Part shown: piece after piece, positions 54,601-64,000 of the stretch
Numbering within the stretch: position 1 is the first letter of the stretch
Layout: the number at the start of each line of letters is the position of its first letter
Origin: Eledone cirrhosa
Lineage: Eukaryota
DNA length: 64,000 nt
Direction of reading: 5' to 3'
Assembly (NCBI GenBank): GCA_964016885.1
Contig: OZ024742.1
Span: 39,556,001 to 39,620,000, forward strand
The notes under the pieces: model-generated
What the model was told of the DNA's origin: nothing
The model's input: only the letters and a program-made list of their open reading frames with translations
Database searches by the model: none
Program-made: the position numbers and the translations under genes

Positions 54601-57600
54601 GTATATTAACTGTGTTGTATGTTTGTGTGTTTGTATATTAAGTATGTTGTATGTATGTATATGTTTGTATATTAACTGTGTTGTATGTATGTATATGTTT
54701 GTATATTAACTGTGTTGTATGTATGTGTGTTTGTATATTAACTGTGTTGTATGTATGTATATGTTTGTATATTAACTGTGTTGTATGTATGTATATGTTT
54801 GTATATTAACTGTGTTGTATGTATGTGTGTTTGTATATTAACAGTGTTGTATGTATGTGTGTTTGTATATTAACTGTGTTGTATGTATGTGTGTTTGTAT
54901 ATTAACTGTGTTGTATGTATGTATATGTTTGTATATTCACTGTGTTGTATGTATGTATATGTTTGTATATTAACTGTGTTGTATGTATGTATATGTTTGT
55001 ATATTAACTGTGTTGCATGTATGTGTGTTTCTATATTAACTGTGTTGTATGTATGTGTGTTTGTATATTAACTGTGTTTTATGTGTGTGTGTTTGTATAT
55101 TAACTGTGTTGTATGTATGTGTGTTTGTATATTAACTGTGTTGTATGTATGTATATGTTTGTATAGTAACTGTGTTGTACGTATGAGTGTTTGTATATTA
55201 ACTGTGTTGTATGTATGTGTGTTTGTATATTAACTGTGTTGTATGTATGTATATGTTTGTGTATTAACTGTGTTGTATGTATGTATGTTTGTATATTAAC
55301 TGTGTTCTATGTATGTGTGTTTGTATATTAACTGTGTTGTATGTATGTGTGTTTGTATATTAACTGTGTTGTATGTATGTGTGTTTGTATATTAACTGTG
55401 TTGTATGTATGTGTGTTTGTATATTAACTGTGTTGTATGTATGTATATGTTTGTATATTAACTGTGTTGTATGTATGTATGTTTGTATATTAACTGTGTT
55501 GTATATATGTGTGTTTGTATATTAACTGTGTTGTATGTATGTATGTTTGCATATTAACTGTGTTGTATGTATGTATATGTTTGTGTATTAACTGTGTTGT
55601 ATGTATGTGTGTTTGTATATTAACTGTGTTGTATGTATGTGTGTTTGTATATTAACTGTGTTGTATGTACGTGTGTTTGTATATTAACTGTGTTGTATGT
55701 ATGTATATGTTTGTATATTAACTGTGTTGTATGTATGTATGTTTGTATATTAACTGTGTTGTATGTATGTGTGTTTGTATATTAACTGTGTTGTATGTAT
55801 GTATATGTTTGTATATTAACTGTGTTGTATGTATGTATGTATGTTTGAATATTAACTGTGTTGTATGTATGTGTGGTTGTATATTAACTGTGTTGTATGT
55901 ATGTGTGTTTCTATATTAACTGTGTTGTATGTATGTGTGTTTGTATATTAACTGTGTTGTATGTATGTGTGTTTGTATATTAACTGTGTTGTATGTATGT
56001 GTGTTTGTATATTAACTGTGTTGTATGTATGTGTATTTGTATATTAACTGTGTTGTTTGTTTGTATATGTTTGTATATTAACTGTGTTGTATGTATGTGT
56101 GTTTGTATATTAACTGTGTTGTATGTATGTGTGTTTGTATATTAACTGTGTCGTATGTATGTATATGTTTGTATATTAACTGTGCTGTATGTATGTATAT
56201 ATTTGTATATTAACTGTGTTGTATGTACGTGTGTTTGTATATTAACTATGTTGTATGTATGTGTGTTTGTATATTAACTGTGTTGTATGTATGTATATGT
56301 TTGTATATTAACTGTGCTGTATGTATGTATATGTGTATATTAACTGTGTTGTATGTATGTATATGTTTGTATATTAACTGTGTTGTATGTGTGTGTGTTT
56401 GTATATTAACTGTGTTGTATGTATGTGTGTTTGTATAGTAACTGTGTTGTATGTATGTGTGTTTGTATATTAACTGTGTTGTATGTATGTGTGTTTGTAT
56501 ATTAACTGTGTTGTATGTGTGTATATGTTTGTATATTAACTGTGTTGTATGTATGTATATGTTTCTATATTAACTGTGTTGTATGTATGTGTGTTTGTAT
56601 ATTAACTGTGTTGTATGTATGTGTGTTTGTATATTAACTGTGTTGTATGTTTGTGTGTTTGTATATTAAGTATGTTGTATGTATGTATATGTTTGTATAT
56701 TAACTGTGTTGTATGTATGTATATGTTTGTATATTAACTGTGTTGTATGTATGTGTGTTTGTATATTAACTGTGTTGTATGTATGTATATGTTTGTATAT
56801 TAACTGTGTTGTATGTATGTATATGTTTGTATATTAACTGTGTTGTATGTATGTGTGTTTGTATATTAACAGTGTTGTATGTATGTGTGTTTGTATATTA
56901 ACTGTGTTGTATGTATGTGTGTTTGTATATTAACTGTGTTGTATGTATGTATATGTTTGTATATTCACTGTGTTGTATGTATGTATATGTTTGTATATTA
57001 ACTGTGTTGTATGTATGTATATGTTTGTATATTAACTGTGTTGCATGTATGTGTGTTTCTATATTAACTGTGTTGTATGTATGTGTGTTTGTATATTAAC
57101 TGTGTTTTATGTGTGTGTGTTTGTATATTAACTGTGTTGTATGTATGTGTGTTTGTATATTAACTGTGTTGTATGTATGTATATGTTTGTATAGTAATTG
57201 TGTTGTACGTATGAGTGTTTGTATATTAACTGTGTTGTATGTATGTGTGTTTGTATATTAACTGTGTTGTATGTATGTATATGTTTGTGTATTAACTGTG
57301 TTGTATGTATGTATGTTTGTATATTAACTGTGTTCTATGTATGTGTGTTTGTATATTAACTGTGTTGTATGTATGTGTGTTTGTATATTAACTGTGTTGT
57401 ATGTATGTGTGTTTGTATATTAACTGTGTTGTATGTATGTGTGTTTGTATATTAACTGTGTTGTATGTATGTATATGTTTGTATATTAACTGTGTTGTAT
57501 GTATGTATGTTTGTATATTAACTGTGTTGTATATATGTGTGTTTGTATATTAACTGTGTTGTATGTATGTATGTTTGCATATTAACTGTGTTGTATGTAT

Positions 57601-58960
57601 GTATATGTTTGTGTATTAACTGTGTTGTATGTATGTGTGTTTGTATATTAACTGTGTTGTATGTATGTGTGTTTGTATATTAACTGTGTTGTATGTATGT
57701 GTGTTTGTATATTAACTGTGTTGTATGTATGTATATGTTTGTATATTAACTGTGTTGTATGTATGTATGTTTGTATATTAACTGTGTTGTATGTATGTGT
57801 GTTTGTATATTAACTGTGTTGTATGTATGTATATGTTTGTATATTAACTGTGTTGTATGTATGTATGTATGTTTGAATATTAACTGTGTTGTATGTATGT
57901 GTGGTTGTATATTAACTGTGTTGTATGTATGTGTGTTTCTATATTAACTGTGTTGTATGTATGTGTGTTTGTATATTAACTGTGTTGTATGTATGTGTGT
58001 TTGTATATTAACTGTGTTGTATGTATGTGTGTTTGTATATTAACTGTGTTGTATGTATGTGTATTTGTATATTAACTGTGTTGTTTGTTTGTATATGTTT
58101 GTATATTAACTGTGTTGTATGTATGTGTGTTTGTATATTAACTGTGTTGTATGTATGTGTGTTTGTATATTAACTGTGTCGTATGTATGTATATGTTTGT
58201 ATATTAACTGTGCTGTATGTATGTATATATTTCTATATTAACTGTGTTGTATGTACGTGTGTTTGTATATTAACTATGTTGTATGTATGTGTGTTTGTAT
58301 ATTAACTGTGTTGTATGTATGTATATGTTTGTATATTAACTGTGCTGTATGTATGTATATGTGTATATTAACTGTGTTGTATGTATGTATATGTTTGTAT
58401 ATTAACTGTGTTGTATGTGTGTGTGTTTGTATATTAACTGTGTTGTATGTATGTGTGTTTGTATATTAACTGTGTTGTATGTATGTATGTGTGTACATTA
58501 ACTGTGTTGTATGTATGTGTGTTTGTATATTAACTGTGTTGCATGTATATGTCTGTATATTAACTGTGTTGTATGTATGTGTGTTTCTATATTAACTGTG
58601 TTGTATGTATGTGTGTTTGTATATTAACTGTGTTGTATGTATGTGTGTTTGTATATTAACTGTGTTGTATGTTTGTGTGATTGTATATTAAGTATGTTGT
58701 ATGTATGTATATGTTTGTATATTAACTGTGTTGTATGTATGTATATGTTTGTATATTAACTGTGTTGTATGTATGTGTGTTTGTATATTAACTGTGTTGT
58801 ATGTATGTATATGTTTGTATATTAACTGTGTTGTATGTATGTATATGTTTGTATATTAACTGTGTTGTATGTATGTGTGTTTGTATATTAACTGTGTTGT
58901 ATGTATGTGTGTTTGTATATTAACTGTGTTGTATGTATGTGTGTTTGTATATTAACTGTG
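35150..58960 (+). repeat. Tandem duplication of a ~11.87-kb block (35.15-47.0 kb and 47.0-58.96 kb)
   Basis: ORF pairs have a constant offset of 11870 (38051/49921, 39377/51247, 42033/53903, 45041/56911), drifting 11858->11866->11870->11934. Shared private variants: GTATAAATGT, ATACACTAAC, GCATGC, CTATGGTTT, GTGTGGTAT. Confidence 0.95.
42570..46540 (+). repeat. Nested ~2,028-bp tandem duplication (present again at ~54.4-58.5 kb)
   Basis: ORF pairs 43013/45041, 54883/56911 and 55731/57759 differ by 2028. Markers: TAAGTATG, ATTCACTG, GTACGTATGAGT, GTTTGTTTGT. Confidence 0.9.
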
Positions 58961-59089
58961 TTGTATGTATGTATATGTTTGTATATTCACTGTGTTGTAT
59001 GTATGTATATGTTTGTATATTAACTGTGTTGTATGTATGTATATGTTTGTATATTAACTGTGTTGTATGTATGTGTGTTTGTATATTAA

Positions 59090-60560
59090 CTGTGTTGTAT
59101 GTATGTGTGTTTGTATATTAACTGTGTTGTATGTATGTGTGTTTGTATATTAACTGTGTTGTATGTATGTGTGTTTGTATATTAACTGTGTTGTATGTAT
59201 GTGTGTTTGTATATTAACTGAGTTGTATGTATGTGTGTTTCTATATTAACTGTGTTGTATGTATATATGTTTGTATATTAACTGTGTTGTATGTATGTGT
59301 GTTTGTATATTAACTGTGTTGTATGTATGTATATGTTTGTGTATTAACTGTGTTGTATGTATGTGTGTTTGTATATTAACTGTGTTGTATGTGTGTGTGT
59401 TTGTATATTAACTGTGTTGTATGTATGTGTGTTTGTATATTAACTGTGTTGTATGTATGTATATGTTTCTATATTAACTGTGTTGTATGTATGTATATGT
59501 GTTTCTATATTAACTGTGTTGTATGTATATATGTTTGTATATTAACTGTGTTGTATGTATGTGTGTTTGTATATTAACTGTGTTGTATGTATGTGTGTTT
59601 GTATATTAACTGTGTTGTATGTGTGTATATGTTTGTATATTAACTGTGTTGTATGTATGTGTGTTTGTATATTAACTGTGTTGTATGTGTGTTTGTATAT
59701 TAACTGTGTTGTATGTATGTATATGTTTGTGTATTAACTGTGTTGTATGTATGTGTGTTTGTATATTAACTGTGTTGTATGTATGTGTGTTTGTATATTA
59801 ACTGTGTTGTATGTATGTATATGTTTGTGTATTAACTGTGTTGTATGTATGTGTGTTTGTATATTAACTGTGTTGTATGTATGTGTGTTTGTATATTAAC
59901 TGTGTTGTATGTATGTGTGTTTGTATATTAACTGTGTTGTATGTATGTGTGTTTGTATATTAACTGTGTTGTATGTGTGTATATGTTTGTATATTAACTG
60001 TGTTGTATGTATGTATATGTTTCTATATTAACTGTGTTGTATGTATGTGTGTTTGTATATTAACTGTGTTGTATGTATGTGTGTTTGTATATTAACTGTG
60101 TTGTATGTTTGTGTGTTTGTATATTAAGTATGTTGTATGTATGTATATGTTTGTATATTAACTGTGTTGTATGTATGTATATGTTTGTATATTAACTGTG
60201 TTGTATGTATGTGTGTTTGTATATTAACTGTGTTGTATATATGTATATGTTTGTATATTAACTGTGTTGTATGTATGTATATGTTTGTATATTAACTGTG
60301 TTGTATGTATGTGTGTTTGTATATTAACTGTGTTGTATGTATGTGTGTTTGTATATTAACTGTGTTGTATGTATGTGTGTTTGTATATTAACTGTGTTGT
60401 ATGTATGTATATGTTTGTATATTCACTGTGTTGTATGTATGTATATGTTTGTATATTAACTGTGTTGTATGTATGTATATGTTTGTATATTAACTGTGTT
60501 GCATGTATGTGTGTTTCTATATTAACTGTGTTGTATGTATGTGTGTTTGTATATTAACTG
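59090..60560 (+). repeat. Copy of the ~53.6-55.07 kb segment at a 5,486-bp offset
   Basis: ORF pairs 53903/59389, 54069/59555 and 54883/60369 all differ by 5486. Confidence 0.85.
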
Positions 60561-63500
60561 TGTTGTACGTATGAGTGTTTGTATATTAACTGTGTTGTAT
60601 GTATGTGTGTTTGTATATTAACTGTGTTGTATGTATGTATATGTTTGTGTATTAACTGTGTTGTATGTATGTGTGTTTGTATATTAACTGTGTTGTATGT
60701 ATGTGTGTTTGTATATTAACTGTGTTGTATGTATGTGTGTTTGTATATTAACTGTGTTGTATGTATGTATATGTTTGTGTATTAACTGTGTTGTATGTAT
60801 GTGTGTTTGTATATTAACTGTGTTGTATGTATGTGTGTTTGTATATTAACTGTGTTGTATGTATGTGTGTTTGTATATTAACTGTGTTGTATGTATGTGT
60901 GTTTGTATATTAACTGTGTTGTATGTATGTATATGTTTGTATATTAACTGTGTTGTATGTATGTATGTTTGTATATTAACTGTGTTGTATGTATGTGTGT
61001 TTGTATATTAACTGTGTTGTATGTATGTATATGTTTGTATATTAACTGTGTTGTATGTATGTATGTATGTTTGTATATTAACTGTGTTGTATGTATGTGT
61101 GGTTGTATATTAACTGTGTTGTATGTATGTGTGTTTCTATATTAACTGTGTTGTATGTATGTGTGTTTGTATATTAACTGTGTTGTATGTATGTGTGTTT
61201 GTATATTAACTGTGTTGTATGTATGTGTGTTTGTATATTAACTGTGTTGTATGTATGTGTATTTGTATATTAACTGTGTTGTATGTATGTATATGTTTGT
61301 ATATTAACTGTGTTGTATGTATGTGTGTTTGTATATTAACTGTGTTGTATGTATGTGTGTTTGTATATTAACTGTGTCGTATGTATGTATATGTTTGTAT
61401 ATTAACTTTGTTGTATGTATGTATATATTTGTATATTAACTGTGTTGTATGTATGTATATGTTTGTATATTAACTGTGCTGTATGTATGTATATATTTGT
61501 ATATTAACTGTGTTGTATGTACGTGTGTTTGTATATTAACTATGTTGTATGTATGTGTGTTTGTATATTAACTGTGTTGTATGTATGTATATGTTTGTAT
61601 ATTAACTGTGTTGTATGTATGTATATGTGTATATTAACTGTGTTGTATGTATGTGTGTTTGTATATTAACTGTGTTGTATTTATGTGTGTTTGTATATTA
61701 ACTGTCTTGTATGTATGTATATGTTTGTGTATTAACTGTGTTGTATGTATGTGTGTTTCTATATTAACTGTGTTGTATGTATGTGTGTGTGTATATTAAC
61801 TGTGTTGTATGTATGTGTGTTTGTATATTAACTGTGTTGTATGTATGTGTGTTTGTATATTCACTGTGTTGTATGTATGTATATGTTTGTGTATTAACTG
61901 TGTTGTATGTATGTGTGTTTGTATATTAACTGTGTTGTATGTATGTATGTATATGTTTCTATATTAACTGTGTTGTATGTATGTATGTATGTGTGTTTCT
62001 ATATTAACTGTGTTGTATGTATATATGTTTGTATATTAACTGTGTTGTATGTATGTATATGTTTGTATATTAACTGTGTTGTATGTATGTGTGTGTGTAT
62101 ATTAACTGTGTTGTATGTATGTGTGTTTGTATATTAACTGAGTTGTATGTATGTGTGTTTGTATATTAACTGAGTTGTATGTATGTGTGTTTGTATATTA
62201 ACTGTGTTGTATGTATGTGTGTTTGTATATTAACTGTGTTGTATGTATATATGTTTGTATATTAACTGTGTCGTATGTTTGTATATGTTTGTATATTAAC
62301 TGTGTTGTATGTATGTGTGTTTGTATATTAACTGTGTTGTATGTATGTGTGTTTGTATATTAAATGTGTTGTATGTATGTGTGTTTGTATATTAACTGTG
62401 TTGTATGTATGTGTGTTTGTATATTAACTGTGTTGTATGTATGTGTGTTTGTATATTAATTGTGTTGTATGTATGTGTGTTTGTATATTAACTGTGTTGT
62501 ATGTATGTGTGTTTGTATATTAACTGTGTCGTATGTATGTATATGTTTGTATATTAACTTTGTTGTATGTATGTATATATTTGTATATTAACTGTGTTGT
62601 ATGTATGTATATGTTTGTATATTAACTGTGCTGTATGTATGTATATGTTTGTATATTAACTATGTTGTATGTATGTGTGTTTGTATATTAACTGTGTTGT
62701 ATGTATGTGTGTTTGTATATTAACTGTGTTGTATGTATGTATGTGTGTACACTAACTGTGTTGTATGTATGTGTGTTTGTATATTAAATGTGTTGTATGT
62801 ATGTATATGTTTGTATATTAACTGTGTTGTATGTATGTATATGTTTGTATATTAACTGTGTTGTATGTATGTGTGTTTGTATATTAACTGTGTTGTATGT
62901 GTGTGTGTTTGTATATTATCTGTGTTGTATGTATGTGTGTTTGTATATTAACTGTGTTGTATGTATGTGTGTTTGTATATTAACTGTGTTGTATGTATGT
63001 GTGTTTGTATATTAACTGTGTTGTATGTATGTGTGTTTGTATATTAACTGTGTTGTATGTATGTGTGTTTGTATATTAACTGTGTTGTATGTATGTGTGT
63101 TCGTATATTAACTGTGTTGTATGTATATATGTTTGTATATTAACTGTGTCGTATGTATGTATATGTTTGTATATTAACTGTGTTGTATGTATGTGTGTTT
63201 GTATATTTACTGTGTTGTATGTATGTGTGTTTGTATATTAACTGTGTTGTATGTATGTGTGTTTGTATATTAACTGTGTTGTATGTATGTGTGTTTGTAT
63301 ATTAACTGTGTTGTATGTATGTGTGTTTGTATATTAACTGTGCTGTATGTATGTGTGTTTGTATATTAACTGTGTCGTATGTATGTATATGTTTGTATAT
63401 TAACTGTGCTGTATGTATGTATATGTTTGTATATTAACTTTGTTGTATGTATATATGTTGGTATATTAACTGTGTCGTATGTATGTGTGTTTGTATATTA

Positions 63501-64000
63501 ACTGTGTTGTATGTATGTGTGTTTTTATATTAACTGTGTTGTATGTATATATGTTTGTATATTAACTGTGTTGTATGTATGTGTGTTTGTATATTAACTG
63601 TGTTGTATGTATGTGTGTTTGTATATTAACTGTGTTGTATGTATGTGTGTTTGTATATTAACTGTGTTGTATGTATGTGTGTTTGTATATTAACTGTGTT
63701 GTATGTATATATGTTTGTATATTAACTGTGTTGTATGTATGTGTGTTTGTATATTAACTGTGTTGTATGTATGTGTGTTTGTATATTAACTGTGTCGTAT
63801 GTATGTATATGTTTGTATATTAACTTTGTTGTATGTATGTATATATTTGTATATTAACTGTTTTGTATGTATGTATATGTTTGCATATTAACTGTGCTGT
63901 ATGTATGTATATGTTTGTATATTAACTATGTTGTATGTATGTGTGTTTGTATATTAACTGTGTTGTATGTATGTGTGTTTGTATATTAACTGTGTTGTAT

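Larger units (their letters stand above)
1130..64000 (+). repeat. 32-bp satellite DNA array, consensus TTAACTGTGTTGTATGTATGTGTGTTTGTATA; ~1,900-2,000 head-to-tail copies; open at the right edge
   Basis: TTAACTGTGTTG recurs about every 32 bp throughout. Main variants are 34 bp (..GTATGTATGTATATGTTT..) and 30 bp (..GTATGTATATGTTT..), with rarer 28/36/38/42-bp units. I saw no inversion or foreign insertion. Confidence 0.99.

Noticed and set aside
1429-63015. About 130 short Cys/Val/Tyr/Ile-rich ORFs (MYVCLYINCVV...)
   Set aside because: These are translations of the satellite. They open only where 30/34-bp variants shift the TAA out of frame, so they are not metallothionein-like or other real genes.
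1130-64000. CRISPR array (repeat length ~32 bp)
   Set aside because: There are no unique spacers and no cas genes, the units are directly head-to-tail, and the context is a eukaryotic retroelement.
1130-64000. Telomerase-synthesised telomeric repeat
   Set aside because: The array is TG-rich but has no G-runs, and kb-scale inherited variant patterns indicate recombinational copying rather than templated addition. A subtelomeric location cannot be excluded.

Overview
This is a eukaryotic (probably animal) repeat window with no intact gene. Bases 1-~860 on the minus strand are a 5'-truncated, frameshifted Penelope-like retroelement (PLE, Neptune-type). Its RT C-terminus/thumb, Cys-rich linker and GIY-YIG endonuclease can be reconstructed by hand, and the element runs off the left edge. 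Upstream of it on the minus strand lie a pLTR-like segment with a GTAAGT splice-donor motif and a near-perfect 118-bp hairpin (943-1060) abutting (TA)18. From 1130 to the end (~62.9 kb, roughly 1,900-2,000 copies) is one uninterrupted head-to-tail 32-bp satellite, consensus TTAACTGTGTTGTATGTATGTGTGTTTGTATA. Rare monomer variants reveal nested higher-order duplications (~1.1, 2.0, 2.2, 3.2-3.4, 4.8, 5.5 and 11.87 kb) and distinct left and right sub-domains. All Cys/Val/Tyr-rich ORFs in the array are translation artefacts. All of this was read by eye, so block boundaries are approximate.
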